DNA of 64,000 bases from NCBI GenBank assembly GCA_016432325.1, contig CP066684.1:785090-849089 (forward strand), written 5' to 3'. The translations under genes and the position numbers were made by a program. Below, in pieces: positions 28,327-38,240 of this stretch. This stretch comes from Candidatus Aenigmatarchaeota archaeon. Lineage in GTDB: Archaea; Aenigmatarchaeota; Aenigmatarchaeia; PWEA01; JACQIF01. Every line of letters starts with the position of its first letter. The stretch's first letter is position 1. Below the pieces are notes generated by a model. It worked only from the letters and a program-made list of their open reading frames with translations. It searched no databases and had not been told where the DNA came from.

Positions 28327-28551
28327 TTGGTGGGTGCCTTTATCGCTTCTGGCGGTAATGGGCGGAACAGGAACAGTCGAGTAGAACAACCCTGTCTTGC
28401 GACTATTGCTCAAATCGACGACCGCGGGCGCATCTTCCTTCCAGCCATGCTCAGGAAGCGGTTGGGAATAGAAAGAGACGCGGCGTTCATGCTGATACTC
28501 GACCCGGACGGTTTCTTGGTGCTGATGCCAACCACGAGAGAGGGGAAATAG
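28327..28551 (+). CDS. AbrB/SpoVT-family DNA-binding protein (antitoxin-like)
   Basis: IDDRGRIFLPAMLRKRLGIE swapped-hairpin motif. Confidence 0.5.
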   Translation: MVGAFIASGGNGRNRNSRVEQPCLATIAQIDDRGRIFLPAMLRKRLGIERDAAFMLILDPDGFLVLMPTTREGK

Positions 28552-28552
28552 G

Positions 28553-28747
28553 ATGGGTCTTCTTGAATACATTAGGAGAGAGCTTATAGTTGGATGGCGT
28601 GTCTCGGAGCGGATGGGCGACGTTGATATGGTGTTGGCCCGTTACGGTGATTCGTGGGCTCTCGAGAAACTCACCGCGATGATGGAGGAGGAGGCCCTCA
28701 GGTACAGGCGCGAAACACGTGGGAGTTCCGAAAGCCTTAATAAATGA
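28553..28747 (+). CDS. hypothetical small protein
   Basis: 64 aa, starts 1 nt after the AbrB-like gene stop. Confidence 0.3.
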   Translation: MGLLEYIRRELIVGWRVSERMGDVDMVLARYGDSWALEKLTAMMEEEALRYRRETRGSSESLNK

Positions 28748-28760
28748 CTAAGGGAGAACA

Positions 28761-29228
28761 GTGAACATGGGTCTTGAAGTCGAGAAAAGGCTGGAAGAGA
28801 AGGGCATTTCGTACAGGCTCATAGAGCTTGAAGGGAGAGCCGTGTCTGTGAAAGATGTGCTGGCCCTTGCCAAGGAGAAGATAAAACTCGAAGAGGTGTG
28901 CAAGACTATAGTGGCGAAGGACGGCAAAGGCAACAGCTATGCATTCGTCCTCAAGGGCAACCAAAAGATAGACATGGCCAAAGCCGAACGTCTCGTAGGA
29001 GGAGGTCTCAGAATAGCGAGACCCGAGGAAGTGGAGGATGCCGCGGGCGTCGAGCCCGGCGCTGTGTGCCCGCTCCTGCTGGAGATTCCCATACTTGTTG
29101 ACAGGCGGGTCTTGGATACCGAAAGGATAAACTTCGGTTCCGGAGACCATCTGTATGGGGTGGAAATCTCGACGAAGGATTTGGAGAAGGTCATCGAGTT
29201 TCGCGTGGCGGATTTTGCGAAGGTGTGA
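28761..29228 (+). CDS. ybaK: YbaK/ProX-type aminoacyl-tRNA deacylase
   Basis: 155 aa; AFVLKGNQKIDMAKAERLVG...GAVCPL region resembles YbaK/ProX editing domain. Confidence 0.6.
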   Translation: MNMGLEVEKRLEEKGISYRLIELEGRAVSVKDVLALAKEKIKLEEVCKTIVAKDGKGNSYAFVLKGNQKIDMAKAERLVGGGLRIARPEEVEDAAGVEPGAVCPLLLEIPILVDRRVLDTERINFGSGDHLYGVEISTKDLEKVIEFRVADFAKV

Positions 29229-30598
29229 ACATGGACATGGAGAAAAGGATGGAACTGATAAAACAAGTAGGAGAGGAGATATTAACCGAAGAAGAACTAC
29301 GAGAACTTCTTGCCAAGAAACGCGATCCCATCGCCTACGACGGCTTTGAGCCTTCCGGACGCATGCACATTGCGCAGGGAATTTTGCGTGCGATTAATAT
29401 TAACAAGATGACCCGTGCCGGCTGCAAATTCAAGATGCTTGTTGCGGATTGGCACGCCTGGGCTAACAACAAGATGGGGGGCGACCTCGATGCGATTCAG
29501 ATGGTAGGCGAATACATGATAGAGGTCTGGCGAGCCAGCGGTATGGAACTGGACAACGTGGAGTTTGTCTGGGCCTCGGACCTAGCAAAGGACGACGAGT
29601 ACTGGAAAATCGTTATGAACGTTGCCCGCGCGTCGACGCTCAATCGTATTATACGCACCGCACAAATAATGGGACGATCGGAACGTGACACTCTCTCGGC
29701 CGCGCAGATACTCTATCCATGCATGCAGGCCGCGGACATCTTCTACCTGAAAGCCGACATAACACAACTCGGCATGGACCAGAGGAAGGTGAACGTTCTG
29801 GCTCGCGAGCTGGGGCCGTCGCTTGGGTTTTGGAAACCTGTTGTTGTTTCGCACCATATGCTGATGGGACTTGTGGAACCCACTACAAAACCACATATAG
29901 CTACAAGGCATCTGGATCTTCAGGGAACGTTGCCTTTGCCCAACGGAGGACAATTAAGAATAAAATCAGTTCCATCACAAAAAGGACTTTTACCAGTTTT
30001 AAACCATCCTGCCTATGGCGGCCGAGGATTTAGTGCAAAATTCTTTTACACTCCACCAAAATCAGTGACAGCGACAGAGGAAGAATTGTGGCAACGGGAA
30101 TTAACAAACCTTGATGGGATCGGGGTCAAACTTATATCTCTCGATCAAATGACAGGTGAAGCTCAGTTGGAAATAATTTCAGGACCTTCAGCAGAAGAGC
30201 GGGCGATGGCGATGAAGATGTCCAAATCGGTCCCAGACAGCGCGATATTCATGACAGACTCCGTAGACGATATTAGCGAGAAGATATCGAAAGCGTACTG
30301 TCCAGAAAAGCAGACAAACGAGAATCCGATTTTGGAATATTGCAGGCATATTATTTTCGGGTTGAACGAAGAGATGAAAATAAGCAGATCGGCCAAATGG
30401 GGTGGTAATGTAACGTATAGTTCATACGGTGAGCTTGAAAGGGACTATGCCGGCGGGAAGTTGCACCCAATGGATTTGAAAGCCGCCGTGATAAAATATT
30501 TGGTGAAAGCAGTCGAGCCGATACAAAAGCACTTCTCCAAGAACAAGAAAGCCGCCGAACTTCTGAAGTTCGTGGAAGGCGCGAAGGTGACCAGATGA
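29225..30598 (+). CDS. tyrS: tyrosyl-tRNA synthetase (archaeal class I) with large internal insertion
   Basis: GFEPSGRMHIAQG (HIGH-region equivalent), KMSKS, C-terminal KAYCPEK...LHPMDLKAAV; about 110 extra residues between HHMLMGL and KMSKS. Confidence 0.75.
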   Translation: MNMDMEKRMELIKQVGEEILTEEELRELLAKKRDPIAYDGFEPSGRMHIAQGILRAININKMTRAGCKFKMLVADWHAWANNKMGGDLDAIQMVGEYMIEVWRASGMELDNVEFVWASDLAKDDEYWKIVMNVARASTLNRIIRTAQIMGRSERDTLSAAQILYPCMQAADIFYLKADITQLGMDQRKVNVLARELGPSLGFWKPVVVSHHMLMGLVEPTTKPHIATRHLDLQGTLPLPNGGQLRIKSVPSQKGLLPVLNHPAYGGRGFSAKFFYTPPKSVTATEEELWQRELTNLDGIGVKLISLDQMTGEAQLEIISGPSAEERAMAMKMSKSVPDSAIFMTDSVDDISEKISKAYCPEKQTNENPILEYCRHIIFGLNEEMKISRSAKWGGNVTYSSYGELERDYAGGKLHPMDLKAAVIKYLVKAVEPIQKHFSKNKKAAELLKFVEGAKVTR

Positions 30599-30644
30599 AA
30601 ACGCGCGGCGTTTTCAAAGTTACCTCCAACGGGGTCGGTAACCG

Positions 30645-31913
30645 ATGATCGACATAGAACTCCTGAGAAAAGATGCGGACGCAGTGCGCGCGAATCTCGC
30701 GCGCCGCCACAAGCCCGAGCTGCTCGAACTGCTGGACTCGGTCATCGAGATGGACGAAAAATGGAGAAAGGCGCAAGGCGAACTGGACGCTCTGCGCGCC
30801 AAGCGCAACGAGCTCACCGAACAGATACGCAAGAAGAAAGACGCGAAGCTGATAGCGCAAGCGCGCGACGCCAGCGCGCATGTGAAGGCCCTCGAAGACG
30901 AAGTGGCGTTCCTCAAGCCGAAGCTTGATTTCGAGCTCTCAAAGATTCCTGTGATGCTGCACAAAGACGTGCCGGACGGAAAAGACGCGAACGACAATCC
31001 CGTCGTCCGTACGTGGGGCAAGCAGACAAAACCGAAATTCGCGCTCGCGTCTCATGGGGAACTTATCGAGGCTCTGGGAATCGGGGACTTCGACAGGGCG
31101 TCGGAGATCGCCGGACGCGGATTCAACTACATCATGGGCGACCTGGCTCTTCTTGACAGGGCGCTGCAGGCGTATGGAATTGAATTTCTGATAAAGAACG
31201 GCTTCAGGTTCGTCGAGCCGCCGCTGATGATAAGGAAGCGCCCGATGGAAGGCACAACGGACTTCCAGGCGTTCATAGACGTCCTCTACAAGATAGAAGG
31301 GGAAGACCTGTACCTCATTCCTTCGTCCGAGAACTCGCTCGTCCCGTTCTATATGGACCAAGTCATCGATGAAGACGAACTGCCGCTAAAGATAGTCGGC
31401 GTCAGCCCGTGCTTCCGCAAGGAGATCGGTTCGCACAGCGTCGACACCAAGGGTCTCTACCGCATGCACCAGTTCAACAAGGTCGAGGAAGTCGTAATCT
31501 GCAAACCCGAAGACTCGTGGAAGTGGTTCGAGAAATTGCAGGCGATAAGCGAGGATATTTTGCAGTCGCTCAAGATACCTTACCGCGTCGTCGACATCTG
31601 CACAGGCGATATCGGCTCGAAACAGTCGCGCCAGTACGACATAGAAGCGTGGTTCCCGCGGCAGGGCAAGTACGGCGAGATCACATCCTGTTCGAACTGC
31701 GTCGACTATCAGGCGCGCGGCCTGAACATGAAGTACGGCAAGCGCGGCGGCTCGCGCGCGTTCGTGCACACTCTGAACAACACGTGCGTCGCCACTTCGC
31801 GCATAATGGTCGCGATTCTCGAGAACTTCCAGAACGAGGACGGCACAGTCGACGTTCCGAAGGTGCTGTGGCCGTACATGATGGGACGGAAGACGATTGG
31901 GAAGGCGAAGTGA
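30645..31913 (+). CDS. serS: seryl-tRNA synthetase
   Basis: N-terminal coiled-coil, class II core with conserved SPCFRKE and NCVDYQAR regions. Confidence 0.85.
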   Translation: MIDIELLRKDADAVRANLARRHKPELLELLDSVIEMDEKWRKAQGELDALRAKRNELTEQIRKKKDAKLIAQARDASAHVKALEDEVAFLKPKLDFELSKIPVMLHKDVPDGKDANDNPVVRTWGKQTKPKFALASHGELIEALGIGDFDRASEIAGRGFNYIMGDLALLDRALQAYGIEFLIKNGFRFVEPPLMIRKRPMEGTTDFQAFIDVLYKIEGEDLYLIPSSENSLVPFYMDQVIDEDELPLKIVGVSPCFRKEIGSHSVDTKGLYRMHQFNKVEEVVICKPEDSWKWFEKLQAISEDILQSLKIPYRVVDICTGDIGSKQSRQYDIEAWFPRQGKYGEITSCSNCVDYQARGLNMKYGKRGGSRAFVHTLNNTCVATSRIMVAILENFQNEDGTVDVPKVLWPYMMGRKTIGKAK

Positions 31914-31918
31914 CGCGT

Positions 31919-32437
31919 ATGGAAGACCTTCACGCACGATGGCCGCATCGGTGGCTGACGCCGAAGGCTGTCGTGAAATCCTCTAGAATACACGGTTTGG
32001 GAATTTTCTGCGGGGGGGACATCGCCAAAGGAGAGACCGTTCTTGTTGCCGGCGGTGTAATAGTCCCGTGCTCTGAAATATCCGAGTATCGCAAGATAAT
32101 GGGCATCGATGTGGGCGCCCAGATAGACGACGACTTCTTTATATGCCCAACGAACAGGGAAGAACTTGAAGATAGGGGAGTTGTCAATCACTCGTGCAAT
32201 CCAAATATCGGCATGGTAAATTCAATATCGCTGGGAGCCTTACGAAAAATAAGAGCCGATGAAGAACTCGTAATGGACTACGCCTTCCACGAAACGTCGT
32301 TTGAGCCCTTCAAATGCAACTGCGGCTCCGCGAACTGCCGCGGCACGATAAGACCGACGGACTGGCGGCTGCCCGAACTGCAGAAGAAGTACGGCAAGTA
32401 CTTCTCGCCGTACCTGCAAAGGAAGTTCATGAAATAG
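31919..32437 (+). CDS. SET-domain protein (putative lysine methyltransferase)
   Basis: NHSCNPN motif and post-SET CNCGSANCRG; track ORF trimmed to ATG 31919. Confidence 0.7.
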   Translation: MEDLHARWPHRWLTPKAVVKSSRIHGLGIFCGGDIAKGETVLVAGGVIVPCSEISEYRKIMGIDVGAQIDDDFFICPTNREELEDRGVVNHSCNPNIGMVNSISLGALRKIRADEELVMDYAFHETSFEPFKCNCGSANCRGTIRPTDWRLPELQKKYGKYFSPYLQRKFMK

Positions 32438-33085
32438 TCATTTAACAAACTTGACTTTCGCTTCTCCGTCTTTCAACTCTACCACGCTCAAAGCCGTCGC
32501 CGTGTTAAGAATCGTCGTCTTGCCGACCTTGTAGATTCCTTTCGCCTCGTGTATGTGTCCGCACACTATAAGCAGGGGCTGGAAGTCGTCTACTATCTTT
32601 CTCAGGCCTTCGTCTCCTGCGTCCTCGTCAAAGCCCCACGCGGTAGCGAAGTCGGCCTTGGTCTTGTATGGGGGTATGTGGTTCACTATGATGGTTCGTT
32701 CAGGCTTGCAGCCCTTCAGGACGCTCTTCAGCACGTCAGAACGCAGATGGCGGAACGCGTAGACCAGAGGAAGAGAAAGATCCATCAGACCCACAATCGT
32801 GTAACCGTTCAGCTCGACTTTTTCCATCCCAAGCAGGTGGAAGGCCGGGCTGGCGAGCGCGACTATCTTGAGAAACTCCGGGTCATCGAAGTTCCCTGCA
32901 ACGACGTACGCCGGGACTCCGAGATTCGCTATGCCCTCCGCGACATCCTCGGCGCTGCCGTCTTCCCACGGATGGGGAATCATGTCGCCTGCGTACAGAA
33001 AGGCAGCGGGCTTCTCCTTCTTCACAACCTTCTCAAGACTCTTCGGCAGCGTGCCGTGGAAATCCGAGCCACATAAGAGTTTCAT
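32438..33085 (-). CDS. metallophosphoesterase (calcineurin-like)
   Basis: GDxHG-like N-terminus (CGSDFHGT), GD...GNFD, C-terminal GHIHE motifs. Confidence 0.7.
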   Translation of the reverse strand: MKLLCGSDFHGTLPKSLEKVVKKEKPAAFLYAGDMIPHPWEDGSAEDVAEGIANLGVPAYVVAGNFDDPEFLKIVALASPAFHLLGMEKVELNGYTIVGLMDLSLPLVYAFRHLRSDVLKSVLKGCKPERTIIVNHIPPYKTKADFATAWGFDEDAGDEGLRKIVDDFQPLLIVCGHIHEAKGIYKVGKTTILNTATALSVVELKDGEAKVKFVK

Positions 33086-33190
33086 CGAGCCTCACCATAC
33101 GCCTCGATGAGACTTTCAAACCGCAGTTTGATATGCTTCATACGTTGCCTACGTTCGCAGGTATAAAAAAGGTTGTTTCGTACGTAGCGT

Positions 33191-35233
33191 ATGGCGACGC
33201 TTGTCATCGCGGAAAAGCCCAAGGCCGCAGAGAAGATTGCCGCCGCGCTGGGAACGCCTAAAGCGTCAAAGAAGGGCAAGGCCGTTTTTTACGAAGTGCA
33301 GCACGACGGAGACACTATTTACGTCGTCCCGTCTGTCGGTCATATCTTTTCTTTAAAACAGAAAGGCAAAGGATGGACTTACCCAATCTTCGATATCGAG
33401 TGGCTGCCTTCGTTCGAGGTTTCGAAGAGCTCCAAGTTCACCAAAGCGTATTACGACAATCTGGCGAAGATTGCAAAGAAATGCAGCGATTTCGTCATCG
33501 CAACGGACTTCGATACGGAAGGTTCGGTCATCGGTTACAACATTCTTCGCTTCATCTGCGAAACGGACGACGCGAGGCGTATGAAGTTTTCGACGCTCAC
33601 GACGGACGAGCTCCGCGAGGCGTATGAAAGCGCGGGTCCCCTCGACACGCCGCAGATAGAAGCCGGCCTTGCGCGGCACGTGCTCGATTGGCTATGGGGC
33701 ATCAACGCGTCCCGCGCGCTTACAAAAGCCATAAACTCCGGCGGCAAGGGCTTCACTTTGATGAGTACGGGACGCGTTCAGGGTCCGTCGCTGAAACTGC
33801 TCGCAGATCGCGAACGCGAAATCCGCGCGTTCAAGTCCGAACCCTACTGGGACATCGAGGCTGACGTCGACGGTCCGTTGACCGTGTTCTGCGAAGAAGA
33901 ACACATCCCCGAAAAGGAAAGGACAATTGAGATAAAGGACGCTTGTGGAAAAACGGCCACCGTAGAATCGCTGGACAAAAAGGAGTACAAGCAAGCGCCT
34001 CCGACGCCTTTCGATCTGACGTCGCTGCAGATGGACGCCTACGCCGCTTTCGGATTTTCGCCTTCTGCGACGCTGTCGCTCGCGCAGTCGTTGTATACGG
34101 AAGGATTGATTTCGTATCCGCGCACGTCTTCGCAGAAACTGCCGGCGAAGCTCGGTCTTGAGCGTATCTTGAAAGCGCTGGCCGAGCAGAAAGCCTATGC
34201 GGCGCACGTATGCTCGCTTCCAACTCCTCTGCAGCCGAACGAAGGCCCGAAGAGCGACGCGGCTCACCCGGCGATACACCCCACTGGAGAAAAGCCCGCG
34301 GCGTTGACGGCAGACCAGAAAAAGCTCTACGACATGGTCGTTCATCGTTTCATCGCGACGTTCGCGAAGCCCGCGACGCGCGAAACCGTCAGGCTCGTGC
34401 TGGACATAAACGGCATCGCGTTCTCCGCGTCCGGAAACAGAACCGTGGATCCTCAATGGCGCGAGATTTACAAATTCTCGAAGCACAAGGAAGTCATTCT
34501 TCCCGCACTGACGAAGGGACAGGAGCTGAACGTTCTGGACGTTCGCGTTCTCGACAAGGAGACGCAGCCGCCGAAACGCTATACAGAAGCGTCGCTTGTC
34601 CACGAACTCGAGAAAAGGTCTTTGGGCACGAAAGCGACGAGGTCTGAGATCATCCGCACGCTCTACGAACGTTCATACGTCAAGGACAGGTCCATCGTTG
34701 TCACGGAACTCGGTCTCGGGGTCATAGGCACGTTGGAAAAGTATGTGCCTGAAATCCTCTCCGAGGAGATGACCCGTTCGTTCGAGCAGGAGATGGAATC
34801 TATAATGGAGAACAGGTCCACGAAAGAAAAGGTCATCGAAGGCGCGAAGAAGGAACTGACGACGCTTCTGGTGAAGTTCAAGGACCACGAGAAGGACATA
34901 GGCGCGGAGCTTGGTCCGCTGCTCGCCGAGACGCGCAAGCGTGCGTACACTGTAGGCCCGTGCCAGAAGTGCGGCGGCGAGCTGAAGATTGTGACAGCCA
35001 AGGCATCCAGGAAGCGCTTCGTCGGTTGTACAGGATATCCGAAGTGCGAATCTGGCTACCCGTTACCCCAGTACGGCCTGATAAAGACAGGCGGCGTGAA
35101 GTGCAAGACGTGCGGTCTGCCGACGGTCTTGATAATAAGGAAGGGCAAGAGGCCGTGGAACATGTGCATAGACCCGAAGTGTACGTCTAAGACGGAGTGG
35201 GGCAAGTCCAAGGATGCCGCGCAAACACCTTGA
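33191..35233 (+). CDS. topA: DNA topoisomerase, type IA
   Basis: TOPRIM N-terminus (LVIAEKP), active-site SYPRTSS, C-terminal CxxC zinc ribbons. Confidence 0.85.
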   Translation: MATLVIAEKPKAAEKIAAALGTPKASKKGKAVFYEVQHDGDTIYVVPSVGHIFSLKQKGKGWTYPIFDIEWLPSFEVSKSSKFTKAYYDNLAKIAKKCSDFVIATDFDTEGSVIGYNILRFICETDDARRMKFSTLTTDELREAYESAGPLDTPQIEAGLARHVLDWLWGINASRALTKAINSGGKGFTLMSTGRVQGPSLKLLADREREIRAFKSEPYWDIEADVDGPLTVFCEEEHIPEKERTIEIKDACGKTATVESLDKKEYKQAPPTPFDLTSLQMDAYAAFGFSPSATLSLAQSLYTEGLISYPRTSSQKLPAKLGLERILKALAEQKAYAAHVCSLPTPLQPNEGPKSDAAHPAIHPTGEKPAALTADQKKLYDMVVHRFIATFAKPATRETVRLVLDINGIAFSASGNRTVDPQWREIYKFSKHKEVILPALTKGQELNVLDVRVLDKETQPPKRYTEASLVHELEKRSLGTKATRSEIIRTLYERSYVKDRSIVVTELGLGVIGTLEKYVPEILSEEMTRSFEQEMESIMENRSTKEKVIEGAKKELTTLLVKFKDHEKDIGAELGPLLAETRKRAYTVGPCQKCGGELKIVTAKASRKRFVGCTGYPKCESGYPLPQYGLIKTGGVKCKTCGLPTVLIIRKGKRPWNMCIDPKCTSKTEWGKSKDAAQTP

Positions 35234-35271
35234 CATACCCGTTATTAATAGATTCGTCCTCTATCCGAAGT

Positions 35272-36135
35272 ATGCTATTGGACTTTGTCGTTGATGGCCA
35301 TGGCAAAACCAAGATCTTTGTCGAACGGCTTGAAACGCTTTTTGGTGCGACGTTTGTGGCGGCGTCACCGAACCACCCGCTGAGCCATGGAAAGCCTCTG
35401 GGAAGTTTTACCGGAGCATACGCGGCCAATCCCGTCAACAACGAGAAAATTCCTGTTTGGGTTGCGGCGTATGTCAGAGACGGAGCCGTCGCGGCCGTTC
35501 CCGCTCACAGCCAAGCGGACTATGTGTTTGCAAAGGAACACGGACTACCCATCAGAACAGTAATCGAACCGCTAACAGGCGAGCCTCAGCAAAATCCCGA
35601 ACTCCGACGCAGTATAGTCGCGCTTGTTGCAAATCCGCAGACAAACCAAATCCTCTCCATTAACTGGGGGCCGCAGGCCGGAGGCAATCTTCTCATAGGA
35701 GGCGGCCGCGAAGAAAATGAAGATCCCGTTGAGTGCGCTAAACGGGAGATAGCCGAAGAGACAGGGTATAGAGACGTGACGTTGGTCGCACAGTCCGAGC
35801 GCATCCACCACCGCTACTTTGCGCACTCGAAGAACAAGGCTCGCCAGATAGAAGCGATCGGCCTTTTCTTCAATCTGCAGAGCAACGAAAGGATAAATCC
35901 AAAACTAGAGGCAGACGAAGTTGGCAGGTTTAAAGTCGAATGGCTTTCCGAACCCGATGCGGCGGAACGGATCAGAGACGAACTCCATCGTTACGTGTTC
36001 GCCAAATTCATCAGGGACGAAGTTCACAGCGGCGAAGGCATCCTCATTAACTCCGGCAATTATAGCGGTATGAATTCGAGACAAGCCTGCGAACAGATGA
36101 CGAAGGACTTCGTAACCCAGATCGAACAGCGTTGA
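35272..36135 (+). CDS. chimeric protein: LeuRS-like linker segments flanking a Nudix hydrolase domain
   Basis: ETLFGATFVAASPNHPL and IPVWVAAYVRDGAVAAVPAHSQADYVFAKEHGLPI resemble bacterial-type LeuRS motifs; central Nudix box GGGREENEDPVECAKREIAEETGY; C-terminal ILINSGNYSGMNS resembles LeuRS segment after CP1. Confidence 0.5.
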   Translation: MLLDFVVDGHGKTKIFVERLETLFGATFVAASPNHPLSHGKPLGSFTGAYAANPVNNEKIPVWVAAYVRDGAVAAVPAHSQADYVFAKEHGLPIRTVIEPLTGEPQQNPELRRSIVALVANPQTNQILSINWGPQAGGNLLIGGGREENEDPVECAKREIAEETGYRDVTLVAQSERIHHRYFAHSKNKARQIEAIGLFFNLQSNERINPKLEADEVGRFKVEWLSEPDAAERIRDELHRYVFAKFIRDEVHSGEGILINSGNYSGMNSRQACEQMTKDFVTQIEQR

Positions 36136-36173
36136 GTAAAACGTTATTTATTCTGGACGCGCGCACGTAAAAC

Positions 36174-37826
36174 ATGCGCAAGGGAGTCTCGGCGTTGATA
36201 GTGTCCATATTCCTGGTTATCGTGACCGTTGCGCTCACATACGCGTTCCTCGCATGGTCGCAGAGCACGCAGCAGGAGATTCAGGAACGGGTCGGCGAAG
36301 GAGGCGAGCGCCAGACCGGTTCGTTAAGCGCAGGCCTCGCCGTCGTCGCAGTCGCAGACAACCAAATCTCGATAAAGAATACCGGCAGGAACGTCGTCGA
36401 GACGTCAAAGATAGACATTCTTATTGACGGCAAGAGGGCGGCGAGCGTCCCGGACCGCGCGAGCATAGGGCCGGGTCAGGTGGCTGTCGTGAACGTAACG
36501 AACTTCGTGCCCGGCGTGCGCAAGGTGCGCGTCTCCGGACCGCTTGGCACGTCTGACGAAACGCAGGAGCCGCTCCTGTATCCGGGCACTGTCGCCTTCT
36601 ACGACTTTTTGCCAGAAGACGAAGCGAGAGTCAAAGACAGCGCCGCAGGACACAACGACGGCGCGCTTAACGGGACGACTGAGCTTGCACTGCATTTCGA
36701 TGAGAGCCGCGGAGACCTCGCACAGGACGCGAGCGTGAACGCTAACGACGGGATTCTGAAGAACGGAGCAACGTGGACGTCGGGCGTGAGCCGCAGCGGC
36801 GTGAAGTTAGACGGTTCCAACGACTTTGTGGAGGTTTCACACTCCACATCACTCAACGCAGTCAACGCATGGACGCTCGAAGCGTGGGTCAACGCCGACG
36901 CTTTTGCAAGCGAGTCTTACATAATATCCAAGCAAGCCGCTGGGAGCGTACAGACACCTTACGGCATGGCAATCAAAGGCAGCGGCGGAACCCTGACGGC
37001 ATGGTACTACGATTCGGCATGGCGGGAAGTGCCCTATAGCTTTGCTTTCCAGCCCGGCGTTTGGTATCATGTCGCGGCGACCTTCGACGGCACGTCGATC
37101 CGCGTATACCTGAACGGAGAACAAAAAGCTACAGGAGCGTCAGGCGGTTCGCCTCCGAGCACAACAGCCCCTGTTTCCCTTGGGTGGTCTGGCGGATATG
37201 CCGATGCGGCGCATGCTTGGAAAGGCACAATAGACGAAGTGGCAATCCACACACGTGCGCTCTCGCCTCAAGATGTCAAAAAACGTTTCGACGCCAAGCG
37301 CGTTCTCTTCTCCGATTACGTTGACGGACCATTGAACTCGGCGCTGAATCTCGACGGGCGTTCGCATGTGCGCGTCCCGGATTCGCAGGCGCTTGACATA
37401 TTCTCCACCATAACCATGGAAGCGTGGGTGAGCCCCAAACAGTCGTCGGGCCAGCAAACCGTGCTCTGGAAGGAAGGCGCGTACGCTCTGTGGATCGACT
37501 CGGCGAACAGGATAACGGCCCGCGTCTGGCCTCAGGGAAGCAGCGCCGCGCAGATAACATCTGACGTAGCGTTAGGCGCGAACTCCTGGAGCCACGTTGT
37601 CGCGACAGCCGACGGAGAGACTCTCGAGATATACGTCAACGGCGCGCTCGTCAAGTCAGGCACCTACGCTGGGCAGATACAGCCCACGGAAACCCCGCTG
37701 TTCGTGGGAGCAGCGGACGCATCTCTGACGAATCCCTTTAACGGCGCCATCGAATACGCGGCCATCTACAAGACCGCGCTCTCCGCAGACCAAATAAACG
37801 AGATATACGACGCCGGAAAGGCCTAA
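36174..37826 (+). CDS. archaeal type IV pilin-like protein with two LamG-like domains
   Basis: Class III signal peptide (MRKG|VSALIVSIFLVIV); two concanavalin-A/LamG-like modules each ending in a motif like IDEVAIHTRALSPQDV / AIEYAAIYKTALSADQI. Confidence 0.65.
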   Translation: MRKGVSALIVSIFLVIVTVALTYAFLAWSQSTQQEIQERVGEGGERQTGSLSAGLAVVAVADNQISIKNTGRNVVETSKIDILIDGKRAASVPDRASIGPGQVAVVNVTNFVPGVRKVRVSGPLGTSDETQEPLLYPGTVAFYDFLPEDEARVKDSAAGHNDGALNGTTELALHFDESRGDLAQDASVNANDGILKNGATWTSGVSRSGVKLDGSNDFVEVSHSTSLNAVNAWTLEAWVNADAFASESYIISKQAAGSVQTPYGMAIKGSGGTLTAWYYDSAWREVPYSFAFQPGVWYHVAATFDGTSIRVYLNGEQKATGASGGSPPSTTAPVSLGWSGGYADAAHAWKGTIDEVAIHTRALSPQDVKKRFDAKRVLFSDYVDGPLNSALNLDGRSHVRVPDSQALDIFSTITMEAWVSPKQSSGQQTVLWKEGAYALWIDSANRITARVWPQGSSAAQITSDVALGANSWSHVVATADGETLEIYVNGALVKSGTYAGQIQPTETPLFVGAADASLTNPFNGAIEYAAIYKTALSADQINEIYDAGKA

Positions 37827-37917
37827 GGGACGATTGCGAGGCTCTTCAGGAGGAAGTAGAATATGACAAGTCCTAGAATAATCATCATCACTGTTAGCTG
37901 GTCGATTTTGAATTCCA

Positions 37918-38226
37918 TTATCCCACCCTCTCTTCGAGGTCCTTAAGACGGGGTTCTATGACGAATTTCAGATAACCCACAATATAAAAGGATAGCGCAG
38001 CTGTCAAGACGAGATATTTCTGCGGTTCGGTTAAGAAGCCAGTATAGAGTATCTGGTATATTATCCACAGGGTTGGCAGTACGAGACTTGCATACCTCAG
38101 AAACCTCTCCCATCCATTTCTTGGCATGGATAGCATGATTAGGCTTCTAATACTTAAAACAGGCACTACCACTGTGTACGAGAAGCCGCGCTTCTCGACA
38201 TGCCGGGAAGCGCCGTTCCCGTGCAC
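37918..38226 (-). CDS. small membrane protein
   Basis: 102 aa with 2-3 TM helices; start uncertain. Confidence 0.35.
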   Translation of the reverse strand: MHGNGASRHVEKRGFSYTVVVPVLSIRSLIMLSMPRNGWERFLRYASLVLPTLWIIYQILYTGFLTEPQKYLVLTAALSFYIVGYLKFVIEPRLKDLEERVG

Positions 38227-38240
38227 AGGGGTAATGACGT

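Noticed and set aside
29885-30215. Intein in tyrS
   Set aside because: Insert is only about 110 aa and has no N-terminal Cys/Ser or C-terminal His-Asn splice-junction motifs.
37823-37918. 31-codon hydrophobic micro-ORF on the minus strand (MEFKIDQLTVMMIILGLVIFYFLLKSLAIVP)
   Set aside because: Too short and unsupported to call; it does overlap the upstream gene stop (TAATG), so translational coupling is possible.
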